From: an uncultured Gemmatimonadales bacterium | GTDB lineage: Bacteria; Gemmatimonadota; Gemmatimonadetes; Gemmatimonadales; Gemmatimonadaceae | Reading direction: 5' to 3' | Assembly (NCBI GenBank): GCA_963851265.1 | Contig: CAWKNZ010000002.1 | Span: 288,001 to 352,000, forward strand | DNA: 64,000 nt | Shown here: in pieces, positions 35,076 through 45,155 of the stretch | Position numbering within the stretch: the stretch's first letter is position 1 | Layout: every line of letters starts with the position of its first letter | Notes under the pieces: generated by a model | What the model was told of the DNA's origin: nothing | Databases searched by the model: none | Seen by the model: only the letters and a program-made list of their open reading frames with translations | Position numbers and translations under genes: made by a program

Positions 35076-36764
35076 TCACCTGCCGCGCGCCGCGGCCGTC
35101 GCCCCGGGCACCCGGTACCGCGCGACCCACGCGCTCCGCGCCCACACTTCCGCGCTGTCCCCCGGCACCCCGCGCGCCGGCCGCACCCGCGCCACGCGCT
35201 CCCACCCCGGCGCGTGCGCCACCTGCGTGAGCCCGGTGTGTCCGTCGGGCAGCAGCACGAGATCCGCGTCGGCGAGCGGCGCGCGCAACGTGTCCGCCCG
35301 GTGCGAGGCCCGCACCCAGACGTCGAGCGCGATCGCCGAATCCGGGAACACCGCCCGCCCGTCGAGCGACATCGAGTAGCGCGGCAGCCGCCACAGCAGC
35401 GCGTTGCCGTAGTTGAACGTGGTCACCATCCGCCCGCGCCCGTCCGGCGCGATCCGCTCGAGCGAGTCCGCGAGACCGAGCGCGCCACGCGCGACCGGGT
35501 TGGGCAGCCGCCGCGGACTCTCGCTCCGCGCCTCGGCCCGCGCATCGATGCCCTCGCGCGCGTTCCCGGCGGCCATCACGCCGAACACGGCCAGCGGCGC
35601 GAACCGTAGCACGCGCCCGACCCCCGACGTCGTCGGCGCGGGCACGCGCGCGAGCGCCGCGGCCGTGAGCGGCAGGCAGACCAGCCACCATACGAACAGC
35701 CCGCGAATCGCGAGCCCGAAGAACAGCAGCCCGCCGAGCCAGAGCAGTGCGGCCGGTACCGGTGCGGGCACGACCACGCCGTTCGCGTCCGCCGCTTCCG
35801 ATGACGGCCCGCCTGTCGGGCGCACGACCCACGGCAGCAGCGCCAGCGCCGGCGCGATGATCCACGCCGCGCCGAACCCACGCGTCAGGTACACCACCCC
35901 GGGCGTCAGCTCCGTGATCGGCGATGGAAAGCGGAGCAACGGCGTCGGCGCCAGATAGAGGCGGTACACGGCCCCCCATTCCGCGACGTACGGCGTGCAG
36001 AGCAGCCCGAGGCCCACCGCAAGCGCCGCGGTCCCGAACCGCCGCCAGCGACGGTCTCTCGGACCGGGGAGCACGAGCGCGAGCGAGGCCGCGCACGCCG
36101 GCGCGAACAGATGCGTGTTGGCCGCGAGCGCCGTCGCGCCCACGAGCACCGCGTACGGCCAGCGCGCGGCACGGTCGGGCGCGCCGGTGCCGCCGGGCCA
36201 GCTCGCGGCCGCGAGCCGCGCCGTCGCCGCCCAGCACAGTGGCAACGCGACCGCGAGCAGCCCTTGCGGGCGCAGCGTCGGCGCGCAGAGCGCCATGACG
36301 ACGACGTGTCCCGTGACCAGCATCGCGGTCGTCCACGCCGTATGGCGCGCCGCGCGAGAGAACAGCCCGACCGCGAATGTCCCCGCCACGAGCACGGCGC
36401 CGTTGAGCGCCTGCAGCGCCGACGGCCCGAGGCCGCGCCACGCGAGGTAGTACGTGGTCTCGGCCAGCCACGAATAGGCCAGATACGGCGCGCCGGTCCG
36501 CGTCCACGCGAACGGTTCGGTGTGCGGCAACGCGCGGTGCGTCGCGATCCACTCGCCGACGCGCAGATGCATCCCGAGGTCGTAGTCCGCGAGCGGCAAC
36601 GCGGCGCCCACGATCCAGACGAGAGCGGCCGCGGCGGCGAGCACCCACCGCCAGTGCGCGCCCAACAGCGCCGCCCACGAGTGCACCGGGAACGCGCGGT
36701 GGGCACCCGGCGCGCGAACGGCGGGTGACGGGGCGGGTACGAGAGCGGGCACGGAGGGTGGCAC
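35076..36764 (-). CDS. Polytopic membrane protein, GT-C-like glycosyltransferase candidate
   Basis: DYDLGMHLRVGEWI..EPFAWT..YSWLAE, RPQ, ANTH, DGRA pattern; many TMs; start estimated. Confidence 0.6.
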   Translation of the reverse strand: MPPSVPALVPAPSPAVRAPGAHRAFPVHSWAALLGAHWRWVLAAAAALVWIVGAALPLADYDLGMHLRVGEWIATHRALPHTEPFAWTRTGAPYLAYSWLAETTYYLAWRGLGPSALQALNGAVLVAGTFAVGLFSRAARHTAWTTAMLVTGHVVVMALCAPTLRPQGLLAVALPLCWAATARLAAASWPGGTGAPDRAARWPYAVLVGATALAANTHLFAPACAASLALVLPGPRDRRWRRFGTAALAVGLGLLCTPYVAEWGAVYRLYLAPTPLLRFPSPITELTPGVVYLTRGFGAAWIIAPALALLPWVVRPTGGPSSEAADANGVVVPAPVPAALLWLGGLLFFGLAIRGLFVWWLVCLPLTAAALARVPAPTTSGVGRVLRFAPLAVFGVMAAGNAREGIDARAEARSESPRRLPNPVARGALGLADSLERIAPDGRGRMVTTFNYGNALLWRLPRYSMSLDGRAVFPDSAIALDVWVRASHRADTLRAPLADADLVLLPDGHTGLTQVAHAPGWERVARVRPARGVPGDSAEVWARSAWVARYRVPGATAAARGR

Positions 36765-36833
36765 GGTGAGGAGCGCGATCCCACGCGGCGGCCCAACCTG
36801 CGGAGTCTCGGCCGCCCGCGCTACTCTTCTGAC

Positions 36834-37244
36834 ATGCGACATCGCGATAAGCAACTCATCGTCGTCGGCGACCGCGTGCTCGTCCAGCCCGAAGACGGCG
36901 ACGAGCGCACGAAGGTCGGCCTGTACCTTCCGTCGACCGCCGTCGACAGTCAGGCCGTCCAGGGGGGCCGCATCGTCGCCACCGGGCCCGGCCTGCCGTT
37001 GCCCGACCTCGGCAGTGCGGCGGACGACGAGCCGTGGAAGTTCACCGGCGCGTCGTCGCGCGAGACGCGCTTCGTTCCCATGCAGGCGCGCACGGGCGAC
37101 TACGCCCTGTTCTTTCGGAAGGCCGCCGTCGAGATCACGTTCGAAGGCGAGCGCTACCTCGTGGTGCCGCAGGCCGCCGTGCTCGCCCTCGTCCGCGACG
37201 ACGCGCACGAGGCTGCCCCCGACACCGACCGCCTGTTCGAGTAA
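36834..37244 (+). CDS. GroES-family co-chaperonin (no adjacent groEL)
   Basis: GDRVLV..E.RTKVGLYLP, GRIVATGPG, EITFEGERYLVV. Confidence 0.85.
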   Translation: MRHRDKQLIVVGDRVLVQPEDGDERTKVGLYLPSTAVDSQAVQGGRIVATGPGLPLPDLGSAADDEPWKFTGASSRETRFVPMQARTGDYALFFRKAAVEITFEGERYLVVPQAAVLALVRDDAHEAAPDTDRLFE

Positions 37245-37326
37245 GCCAGCGAGCAGGCAAGCAAGAGCATCTCCCTCGGCACCCGCGGCCCCGTCGCCGC
37301 CCACACCTCTCAGGAAATAGGACTCT

Positions 37327-37764
37327 ATGTATCCGGAACCTCTCGTTGCCCCGATGCGCCAGGAGCTCACCCGCCTCGGCGTCACCGAACTCCGCACGGC
37401 CGATCAGGTCGACGCCGTCGTCGCCGAGCCCGGTACGACCCTCGTCGTCGTGAATTCCGTGTGCGGTTGCGCCGCGCGCAACGCGCGCCCGGCCGTCGCG
37501 ATGGCGCTCGCGCATGCGACGGTGCCCGATCGCTCGACGACGGTGTTCGCCGGTCAGGACGCCGACGCCACCGAGCGCGCGCGCGATCACTTCGTCGGCT
37601 ACCGGCCGTCGTCGCCCGCCATCGGCCTGCTGAAGGATGGCGAGCCGGTGTTCATGCTCGAGCGCTGGCAGATCGAAGGCCGATCGGCCGAACAGATCGC
37701 GCGCGACCTCACGCAGGCGTTCGACACGTACTGCGGCGCCGGCGCGCAGTCGACCGCGGCCTGA
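37327..37764 (+). CDS. BrxA/BrxB (YphP/YqiW) family bacilliredoxin
   Basis: MYPE.LV.PMR.EL, VVNSVCGCAA..ARP, TVFAGQD..AT, PSSP, ERWQIEGR. Confidence 0.92.
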   Translation: MYPEPLVAPMRQELTRLGVTELRTADQVDAVVAEPGTTLVVVNSVCGCAARNARPAVAMALAHATVPDRSTTVFAGQDADATERARDHFVGYRPSSPAIGLLKDGEPVFMLERWQIEGRSAEQIARDLTQAFDTYCGAGAQSTAA

Positions 37765-37787
37765 CCGACGTCCCGCACGATGCGGTA

Positions 37788-37815
37788 GGAGGGCCCGGCT
37801 TCGGCCGGGCCCTTC
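37788..37815 (+). terminator. Stem-loop with cUUCGg tetraloop after brx
   Basis: GGGCCCGGC-TTCG-GCCGGGCCC; weak U tract. Confidence 0.65.
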
Positions 37816-37957
37816 GTGCGTTTCGAGCGCATTCCTCGCGTCGAGTTCGCCCCGCAGACGCAAGTAAAGCCTTGGTTCGAGAGCCAAAGCGGCACACCCT
37901 CTGCACTTACCGTCGTGCTCCCCGTTTCGGACGCTTCACACCTGGAGACACGAACGT

Positions 37958-38596
37958 ATGGCACAAAACGACAACAACAGCACCCTGGGCGCGGGCACCG
38001 ACTCGATCAGCGTCACCGGCGCGGGCGCTGGGCAGGGTAGCACGAGTGGCGGGTACACCCCGTCGCAGGGCGGCTCGCAGGGTCCGAGCAACGCCGGTCA
38101 GCAGGGCGGTGGGCAAGGCTATGCGCAGCAGGCACAGCAGGCCGCACAGAACCTCGGTGACAAGGCCCAGCAGGCCGCGCAGCAGCTCGGCGACAGGGCT
38201 CAGCAGGCGGCACAGCAGCTCGGCGACAAGGCGTCCAGCACCTACGCCGACGTGAAGGATCAGGCGTCCGACCGCCTCGGTCAGGTGCGCGATCAGGCCG
38301 GCCAGCTCAAGAACACGGTGGCCGACAAGCTCGACCAGGGCGCACAGGCGCTCCGCCAGCAGGCGCAGCAGGGTGGTGGTCAGCAGCTGGCCGGCGCCGC
38401 TGGCGGTGTCGTCAACCCCGAGCAGGTGCAGCGCCTTGCGGGCCCCGCGGCCGACGCCATGGAAAAGACGGCGGACTTCCTCCGCAGCGGTGACCTCCGC
38501 GGTGCCATCGAGGAGCAGGTCCGCACGAACCCCGGCCGCACGCTGCTGATCGCGCTCGGGCTCGGGTACGTGGTCGGTAAGGCGATCCGTCGCTAA
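37958..38596 (+). CDS. ElaB/YqjD-like tail-anchored protein with LEA-like 11-mer repeats
   Basis: AQQAAQQLGDK repeats; C-terminal VRTNPGRTLLIALGLGYVVGKAIRR. Confidence 0.75.
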   Translation: MAQNDNNSTLGAGTDSISVTGAGAGQGSTSGGYTPSQGGSQGPSNAGQQGGGQGYAQQAQQAAQNLGDKAQQAAQQLGDRAQQAAQQLGDKASSTYADVKDQASDRLGQVRDQAGQLKNTVADKLDQGAQALRQQAQQGGGQQLAGAAGGVVNPEQVQRLAGPAADAMEKTADFLRSGDLRGAIEEQVRTNPGRTLLIALGLGYVVGKAIRR

Positions 38597-38628
38597 CACG
38601 CCCCCGTCGCACGATCTCCGGCATCGGT

Positions 38629-39042
38629 ATGCCTGCTGCTGAACCGAACGCCGGCGAAGCGCGATCGCTCCCCGCGCTGCTGAAGGACTTCGCCGAGGGA
38701 AGCGCCCAACTCATTCGCCACGAGGTGCGGCTCGCCCGCACCGAGGCGAGTGAACTCGGGCGCCACCTCGGCAGCGGCGCGGCCGCGGTCGCTTCTGGCG
38801 GCGTGCTCGCCCTGGTCGGCGCGCTCGCTTTCATCGTCGGTCTGATCATGCTCGCCGGCGACCAGTGGCTGCAGGACCGCTATTGGCTCGCAGCACTTCT
38901 CATTCTGGTGATCGCCGGTGCGGTCGCCGCAATCTTCGCGAAGCGCGGCCTCGCGCTGCTCGCTCCCGCCCACCTGGTCCCCGACCAGACCGTGGCAACG
39001 CTCCAGGAGGATGTGGAATGGCTGAAACAACAGCGGACGTGA
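38629..39042 (+). CDS. Holin-like YqjE/DUF1469 membrane protein
   Basis: LIRHEVRLARTE, two TMs, P.QTVATLQED.EWL. Confidence 0.8.
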   Translation: MPAAEPNAGEARSLPALLKDFAEGSAQLIRHEVRLARTEASELGRHLGSGAAAVASGGVLALVGALAFIVGLIMLAGDQWLQDRYWLAALLILVIAGAVAAIFAKRGLALLAPAHLVPDQTVATLQEDVEWLKQQRT

Positions 39043-39449
39043 GGCGCGACATCGAGCTGACGCGCGAGCGGATGTCCTCGACGCTCGCGCAGCTCGAGCG
39101 CAAGCTGAACGTCACGCAGGTCGTGAAGGACAATCCGTGGGCCGCCGTTGGCGTCACGTTCGGAGCCGGGCTGCTCTTGAGTGGCACGCGTTCCGACGTG
39201 AAGGCCGGCGCCGTCACCCTCATGGCTACGAAGGGTGCCAGCGCGCGAATCGCCCCGGCACTCGACGACATCGTCGCGCGTCTGATGCAGGGCGTCGGTG
39301 AAGCCCTCCAGGGCCGCGTCGATGAACTCATCGAGGAAGTCAAGATCGCGATCGGCGCGCCGACCGGCGCGCAGCCGGGCGGGGCGCAGGCGAGCGGCCC
39401 TCAGACAGGCGGCAACCACTCTCCGTCGTCCGGCACCTACGCGAACTGA
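39018..39449 (+). CDS. DUF3618-like protein
   Basis: GGAGG RBS; DVRRDIELTRERMSSTLAQLERKL then NPWAAVG TM. Confidence 0.75.
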   Translation: MAETTADVRRDIELTRERMSSTLAQLERKLNVTQVVKDNPWAAVGVTFGAGLLLSGTRSDVKAGAVTLMATKGASARIAPALDDIVARLMQGVGEALQGRVDELIEEVKIAIGAPTGAQPGGAQASGPQTGGNHSPSSGTYAN

Positions 39450-39501
39450 CCGGCGAGAACGAACGCGCAGACGCGCAGCGAGCGCTGGTACTTCGGTCCG
39501 C

Positions 39502-39534
39502 ACCGGCCGCCCCCCAACGGGGCGGCCGGTTTTG
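39502..39534 (+). terminator. Rho-independent terminator
   Basis: ACCGGCCGCCCC-loop-GGGGCGGCCGGT followed by TTTG. Confidence 0.75.
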
Positions 39535-39801
39535 CGTTTGGGGCGCGCCGCGGCGCGTGCCGTCGCCCGTGTTGCGTTTGGTGAACGCGACCGTCCTTCG
39601 CGCGGGCCAGAGCTCGCGCCATTGCACGGATCCCACACCCGGCGCGGACTGCGGCGTTCAAGCCACTCCCTCGACAAGCCGACACTCCGGATCCGAGGGC
39701 AGCGGACGACGCGACGCCCACACCCCCCGTCCGCAGTTGGGCGGCTCCCCAGGTCCGCCATTCCGGCGGCCAACCACGACCTAGCTCGCAGGAGAACCCC
39801 G

Positions 39802-39981
39802 ATGTCGAAGTTCACCAGTGCCGTCCGCCGCTTCGTCCGTGACGAAGAGGGCGCCACCATGGCCGAGTACGCCCTGCTCGTCGCCGTCATCGCCCTCGTC
39901 GCCCTCGCCGGCGCGAAGACGCTCGGCACCAACATCAGCAGCAAGCTCACCACCGCCGCTGGCAACGTCGCCAACGGGTGA
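39802..39981 (+). CDS. flp: Flp (type IVc/Tad) major pilin
   Basis: AGGAG RBS; RFVRDEEG/ATMAEYALL cleavage and Flp motif; 59 aa. Confidence 0.93.
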   Translation: MSKFTSAVRRFVRDEEGATMAEYALLVAVIALVALAGAKTLGTNISSKLTTAAGNVANG

Positions 39982-40088
39982 GCGTGACCCCGGGAGGCCG
40001 TCGGCGGACGGGCGGCTTGTCAGCCTCCGTCCGTCGCGGTGCGACCTGCGTCGCCGCCGCCGCCCACACGTCCACCCCGGTGACGTGC

Positions 40089-40247
40089 ATGCTGCACGAA
40101 TTTTTCCGCGACGCCCGAGGCGGGACGATGGCCGAGTACGCGCTCTTGCTCGGCGTCGTCACCCTCGTCGCACTCGTGGGTGCGAAAGCGCTCGGCGCGG
40201 CCCTCGCCCGCAACGGCCAACTTCTTCAATACGTCTGGCCGTTCTGA
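40089..40247 (+). CDS. Second Flp pilin
   Basis: FFRDARG/GTMAEYALLLG; 52 aa. Confidence 0.82.
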   Translation: MLHEFFRDARGGTMAEYALLLGVVTLVALVGAKALGAALARNGQLLQYVWPF

Positions 40248-40254
40248 ATCCACC

Positions 40255-40788
40255 GTGCGCTTCATCGTCTCCGACCCGTTCGGCTGGCGGGTCCTCCTCA
40301 CCGCGCTCCTCGGCGCCGCGTGCGCCACGGACCTGCGCGCGCGCCGCATCCCGAACGCGCTCGTCACAACCGTGTTCGCCGCGGCGCTCCTGCGTACCGT
40401 GATTCCGGCCCTCGCCGGTGCCGCGACCGCGATGCCCGGCTTCGCACCGGGCGTCGGTGCGGCGACGACGGGAGCGCTCTGCGGGCTCGCCCTCTGGCTC
40501 CCGCTGTACGCCGTCGGCGCGTTCGGGGCCGGAGACGTCAAGCTGTTCGCCGCGGCATCGGCCTGGCTCGGTCCGTCGGGGGTGCCGAGCGCGACGCTAT
40601 ACGCGGCCCTCGCCGGCGGCGTGCTCGGCCTCGCGTGGTTCGGCGCGCGCCGCGTCGCCCGGTCCGCGCCGGCGATCGCGCCGCGCATGTACCGCGCACT
40701 GCAGCCGACCGCGACCGGGAGGTCGCGCGTCCCCTACGGGCTGGCCATCACCGCGGGCGTGCTCGGCGTCGTGTGGGGTGCGCCGTGA
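40255..40788 (+). CDS. cpaA: A24 prepilin peptidase (CpaA/TadV)
   Basis: TDLRARRIPN, FGAGDVKL, VPYGLAI. Confidence 0.9.
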   Translation: MRFIVSDPFGWRVLLTALLGAACATDLRARRIPNALVTTVFAAALLRTVIPALAGAATAMPGFAPGVGAATTGALCGLALWLPLYAVGAFGAGDVKLFAAASAWLGPSGVPSATLYAALAGGVLGLAWFGARRVARSAPAIAPRMYRALQPTATGRSRVPYGLAITAGVLGVVWGAP

Positions 40789-41237
40789 GCGCGCGCCGCG
40801 CCGCGGTGCGATGCCTAACGCGATGGGGCCGCGACGAGCGCGGCGCCGCGCTCGTCGAGTTCGCGATCGTCGTGCCGATGCTGTTGGTGCTCGTCCTCGC
40901 GATCATCGACTTCGGACGCATGATGGCCGTCTCGGCCGGGCTGGCCGCCGCCGCGCGCGAGGGTGCCCGCTACGCCGCCACGAGTTCCAACCCGTCCGAC
41001 GCGACGCAGCAGTCCAACATCAAGGCGCGCGTCATCAACGCGTTCCAGGCGTTCGGGGGTCCGGCGCTCCAGACCACGAACATCGCCGTCTCGGTCGACA
41101 ACTCGGCCGGCAACGTCACCGTCGCCGTCACGGGCTACACGTACAAGCCGATCACGCCCGTGATGACCATGATCGGCGCCGGCACCCTCAACTTCTCGCG
41201 CTCGTCCACGTTCCGCTGGGAACGCAGCTTCTTCTAA
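40785..41237 (+). CDS. tadE: TadE-like pseudopilin
   Basis: RDERG/AALVEFAIVVP, AAREGAR. Confidence 0.88.
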   Translation: MSARRAAVRCLTRWGRDERGAALVEFAIVVPMLLVLVLAIIDFGRMMAVSAGLAAAAREGARYAATSSNPSDATQQSNIKARVINAFQAFGGPALQTTNIAVSVDNSAGNVTVAVTGYTYKPITPVMTMIGAGTLNFSRSSTFRWERSFF

Positions 41238-41263
41238 CGGCGCCCGCCGCGGCATCTCCGCCC

Positions 41264-42388
41264 ATGCTGTCCGACCACCGCTACACCGCCATTTTCGGCG
41301 CCGCCCTGCTCACCGCGAGCGGTGCGACGTTCGCCGTCTACCGCATCCTCGGGACGGCGCGGACGCCTCAGCACGAATCCGTGCGCAGTGTCGTCGTCGC
41401 AGTGCGCGACGTGCCGGTCGGCGTTCCCGTTCCGCGTGAGGCACTCGGGGTAGCCTCTTGGCCGGCGCGCGTCGCGCCGTCCGAAAGCTTCGTCAGCGCC
41501 GATTCGGTCGTCGGCCGCGTGACGCGTGCGCCGCTCATGCCGGGCGAGCCCGTGCTCGTGAGTCGACTCGCCGCGCGCGGCGCCGCGCCAGGGCTGGAAG
41601 GGACGATCGATCCGACCCGTCGCGCCATGGCCGTGCGCGTGAACGAGGCGGCGAGCGTGAGCGGTCTCGTGCGGCAGAACAGCCGCGTCGACGTGCTGAT
41701 GGCCGGCCGAGGAGACGGAACGCAGGCCACCGCCCGCGTGCTGATGAGCGACGTGCGCGTGCTCGGCGTCGGCTCGGTGCGGCCGCCCGACACGCCGGCG
41801 AACGGCGCGCCGCCCGACCCGACGCCCTCGGCGACGACGGCCTCCATCGTCACCCTCGAGGTGACGCCCGCGCAGGCGGAGCAGTTGGCGGCGGCGGAGG
41901 GCCAGGGTGCGATCCAGGTGGTCCTGCGCGGGTACGGAAGCACCGAGGCGGCGGCCGGGGGCATCGCGGCTGGTGCGCTCGTGGCCGCGCCGTCGACGGG
42001 TGCCGGCAGCCTCGGTCCCGCGCCGAGTGGCGCGCTCGGTCTGCTCAGCGCGGCGGGCTCGCCGCCGCCCGCGATGCTCAACTCCGGCGCTCCGCGCGTG
42101 GCCTCGAGCGTCGGTGCTACGCCGGTGGCACACGCACCCCGGGCGTCGCACCACTCCGCACGTCCCGCCGGCGACGCGCGTGCCGTGACGCCTGCGGTGG
42201 CGAGCGCCGCGATCGCCGTGCGAACCCGCCCGGAATCCACCACGGTGCGCGTCTACCGGGGCGGCACGATGACCGTGCTGCGCGTCGAGGCGACCGAGAC
42301 TGCTCCGGCCACCGGGGCCGCGATCCGCGACGCCGAGTCGCGGCCCGTCCGGACGGCGGACGCGCAGTTCGGCCCGCACGCGCCGTAG
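41264..42388 (+). CDS. cpaB: Flp pilus assembly protein CpaB/RcpC
   Basis: SAF domain VVVAVRDVPVG; RAMAVRV, RVDVL, VTLEVTPAQAEQL, VVLR. Confidence 0.88.
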   Translation: MLSDHRYTAIFGAALLTASGATFAVYRILGTARTPQHESVRSVVVAVRDVPVGVPVPREALGVASWPARVAPSESFVSADSVVGRVTRAPLMPGEPVLVSRLAARGAAPGLEGTIDPTRRAMAVRVNEAASVSGLVRQNSRVDVLMAGRGDGTQATARVLMSDVRVLGVGSVRPPDTPANGAPPDPTPSATTASIVTLEVTPAQAEQLAAAEGQGAIQVVLRGYGSTEAAAGGIAAGALVAAPSTGAGSLGPAPSGALGLLSAAGSPPPAMLNSGAPRVASSVGATPVAHAPRASHHSARPAGDARAVTPAVASAAIAVRTRPESTTVRVYRGGTMTVLRVEATETAPATGAAIRDAESRPVRTADAQFGPHAP

Positions 42389-42416
42389 TCGCGCCGAGCG
42401 TCGTACGGTGCGGTGA

Positions 42417-42446
42417 CGAAGGGCGCGCCCAAGGGCGCGCCCTTCG
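42417..42446. other. Perfect inverted repeat between cpaB and cpaC
   Basis: CGAAGGGCGCGCCC-AA-GGGCGCGCCCTTCG. Confidence 0.7.
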
Positions 42447-42563
42447 CGCGTCCGGGAGGGCGCCGCGGGGCAAGTGTGCCTCCGCTGAGGTTCGCGCGTC
42501 CATATGCCGAAGTTCTCTGCGGTGCCGACGCATCACCACGCGCCTTTGCTGCGCTGACCCCAC

Positions 42564-43916
42564 ATGACCCGACCCGTGTCCTTCCGAGTAGCCGCCTTCG
42601 TGGCGACGCTCTGCGCCTTCCTGCCAGGCGTCCGGGCCGGCGCCCAACGTGCCGCGTCCCCGGCCGCGCAACGCCAGGCCCCGGATCCCGCGCTCCCCGT
42701 CGTGCAACACGTCCTCGGTGTCGCGCCCGAAACGGACGTCGAGCGCGTGCTCGTCTCCCCGGGGCGCGCGCGTCCGCTCACGCTCGGCGCACCCGTCACG
42801 CGGGTGATCGTCGCCGACACGAGCATCGCGGACGCGCTCGTCGTGAGCGACCGCGACGTCGTGTTCAGCGGGCGGAAGTTCGGCGAAACGGACGTGCTGG
42901 TGTGGAGCGGAGGACGGCGCTTGCACTACCGCACCGTCGTCGCGCCCGCGGCCGACCGTCAGCAGGTGATGCTCGCCGTGAAGTTCGCCGAGGTACGGCG
43001 CGACCTGCTGAAGAACATCGGGCTGTCGCTGCGCGCGCGCCGCGTGACCGGGCGCGACGCCACGGGCGGTGGCTTCGGCTCGCTCGATCCGGCCGGGGTG
43101 GGCGGGTACCTGCCGCAGTCGGCGACCGCCGCGTCGGGCATCACGACCATCATCCCGAGCGCGATCTCGGGTGCCGCGACCGGGTTCGGCACGCTCGTCA
43201 CCGACTTCGGCGCGCGCGGCGTGCTCGCCATGCTCGACCTCGAGGAGCAGCGCGGTAACGCGCACACGCTCGCCGAGCCGACGCTCATGGCCGCGAACCG
43301 CGACTCGGCGTCGTTCCTCGCCGGCGGCGAGTTTCCGGTCCCGGCGGCCGTCTCGCCCGGGGCGGCCGGTACGCCGTACGTCACCATCGTGTTCAAGGAG
43401 TTCGGCGTGCGCCTCGCGTTCACGCCCGAGATCCTCAACGACACGCTCGTCAAGCTGCACGTGCGGCCCGAGGTCTCGAGCCTCGACTACGCCAACGCGG
43501 TCACGCTTTCGGGCGTGAAGATCCCCGCGCTCCGCACGCGCCGCATGGAGAGCACGGTCGACGTGCCGCGCGACCAGAGCCTCATCATTTCGGGCCTGAT
43601 GGACGACGAGCGCGAGAAGGTGCGCACGGGCATCCCCGGGCTCATCGACCTGCCAATCCTCGGGCAGCTGTTCTCCAGCACGCGCTGGACGCGCAGCGAG
43701 ACGGAACTGCTCATCATCGTCACCCCGGTCGTCGTCGACCCGAGCCGGCCGCGCCCGCAGGACGTACTCCGGTTCAAGGCCGACAGTGCGCTCCCCGCGC
43801 ACGAAGTGCTCGACCGGCGTCTCGCCGTGCCGCCGACCCTCCCCGGTTCGCCGCCCGCGCCGACTCCCGCGGGCGCCCAGCCGGCCGCCACTCCCTCCGT
43901 TCCCAAGCAGCCGTGA
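42564..43916 (+). CDS. cpaC: Tad secretin CpaC/RcpA
   Basis: QVMLAVKFAEV, LAEPTL, FLAGGEFPVP, FKEFGVRL, PGLIDLPILGQLF, ETELLIIVTP. Confidence 0.92.
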   Translation: MTRPVSFRVAAFVATLCAFLPGVRAGAQRAASPAAQRQAPDPALPVVQHVLGVAPETDVERVLVSPGRARPLTLGAPVTRVIVADTSIADALVVSDRDVVFSGRKFGETDVLVWSGGRRLHYRTVVAPAADRQQVMLAVKFAEVRRDLLKNIGLSLRARRVTGRDATGGGFGSLDPAGVGGYLPQSATAASGITTIIPSAISGAATGFGTLVTDFGARGVLAMLDLEEQRGNAHTLAEPTLMAANRDSASFLAGGEFPVPAAVSPGAAGTPYVTIVFKEFGVRLAFTPEILNDTLVKLHVRPEVSSLDYANAVTLSGVKIPALRTRRMESTVDVPRDQSLIISGLMDDEREKVRTGIPGLIDLPILGQLFSSTRWTRSETELLIIVTPVVVDPSRPRPQDVLRFKADSALPAHEVLDRRLAVPPTLPGSPPAPTPAGAQPAATPSVPKQP

Positions 43917-45142
43917 GCGCAGCCACTCTTCTCTCGCGCGGCGCGCCGGCGGGCGCGTCGCCCGCCGCGGGCGCGCCGACGCGCGTGGTGCTGATTGCCG
44001 GCCTCGCACCGGCGCCCGAGGGCGCCGCGGCGGCCGCGCTCACCCGCGCCGGCTACGGCCCGCCCGGGCGCGTGCCCACGCTCGAGGCGGCGGCGGCGCG
44101 CATCGCCCGCGAGCAGGTCGACCTGCTCATCGTCCCGCTCGACGCGCCGCCGGCGGCGCTCGAGGCGGCCGCGCGCGCCGCGCAGAGCGCCGGCGCCGGG
44201 CTGTTAGGCGCCGCGCCGCGGCTGGAGGCCGGCACGCTGCTCAAGGGCATGCGTGCGGGCGTCCAGGAGTGCCTCGTGACGCCGTTCGACGCCGAAGAGC
44301 TCGAGGGAGCGCTCGAACGCATCGAGCGCCGCGCCTCGGGGGGCGTCACCGCCGGGATGGCGGTCGCGGTCTACAGCGCCAAGGGCGGCGTCGGGACCAC
44401 GACGACCGCCGTGAACCTTTCGCACGCGTACGCCCGCAACAACCCGCGCGCGCGCGTCGCGGTCGCCGACCTCGTCGTGAGCGGCGGCGACGTCGCGGTG
44501 CAGCTCGACATGCTGCCCAAGTACGACATCGGCGCGCTCGCCGGCAAGGCGGGCTCGCTCGACGCCGAGCTCCTGCGCTCGGTGCTCGCCGAGCGCGGCC
44601 CGCGCGAGTGGGTGTTGGCCGCGAGCGAGCGCCCCGAGGTGACCGAGCTCGTCGACGGTACGGCCGCCGGCGCGATCGTCGGTCAGCTGCGGAGCGACTT
44701 CGACTTCACGACCCTCGACTGCGAGCACCACGTGAGCGACCGCTCGCTCGCGGCGCTCGACGCGGCCGACCGCGTCGTGCTCATCACGCAGCTCGCGCTC
44801 GCGCCGCTGCGCAGCGCGCAGCGCTCGCTCGCCCTTTTCGATCGGTTAGGCTACCCGCCGGACCGCGTGCTCGTCGTCGTCAACCGCTACCAGAGTGGCG
44901 ACGTGATCACGCTCGCCGACGCGCAGGAGTCGCTGGAACACGAAATCGCGGCCGCCCTGCCGAACGACTTCCGGGGCTGCGCCGATGCGCTCGCCACCGG
45001 CAAGTCGGTGGTCGAGCACGCGCCCGACTCCGCGCTCGCGCGCGGGTACCTGGAGCTCGCCGCGAAGCTCGGCGGCAGCACGCCCGAAGCGCCGGCGCCG
45101 GTCGCGCGACTCGGGCGGCTGCGGTCGCTCCTGCGGCGCTGA
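43913..45142 (+). CDS. cpaE: CpaE/TadZ (pseudo-receiver + MinD-like ATPase)
   Basis: [22 protein letters not shown]. Confidence 0.88.
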   Translation: MSAATLLSRGAPAGASPAAGAPTRVVLIAGLAPAPEGAAAAALTRAGYGPPGRVPTLEAAAARIAREQVDLLIVPLDAPPAALEAAARAAQSAGAGLLGAAPRLEAGTLLKGMRAGVQECLVTPFDAEELEGALERIERRASGGVTAGMAVAVYSAKGGVGTTTTAVNLSHAYARNNPRARVAVADLVVSGGDVAVQLDMLPKYDIGALAGKAGSLDAELLRSVLAERGPREWVLAASERPEVTELVDGTAAGAIVGQLRSDFDFTTLDCEHHVSDRSLAALDAADRVVLITQLALAPLRSAQRSLALFDRLGYPPDRVLVVVNRYQSGDVITLADAQESLEHEIAAALPNDFRGCADALATGKSVVEHAPDSALARGYLELAAKLGGSTPEAPAPVARLGRLRSLLRR

Positions 45143-45155
45143 GCGGGGATCCGCC

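Noticed and set aside
38629..39042. Prophage suggested by holin-like gene
   Set aside because: Context is the YqjD/YqjE/DUF3618-like stress triad; no phage genes nearby
39535..39800. c-di-GMP riboswitch upstream of flp
   Set aside because: I could not find the GEMM consensus elements by eye; an Infernal/Rfam scan would be needed
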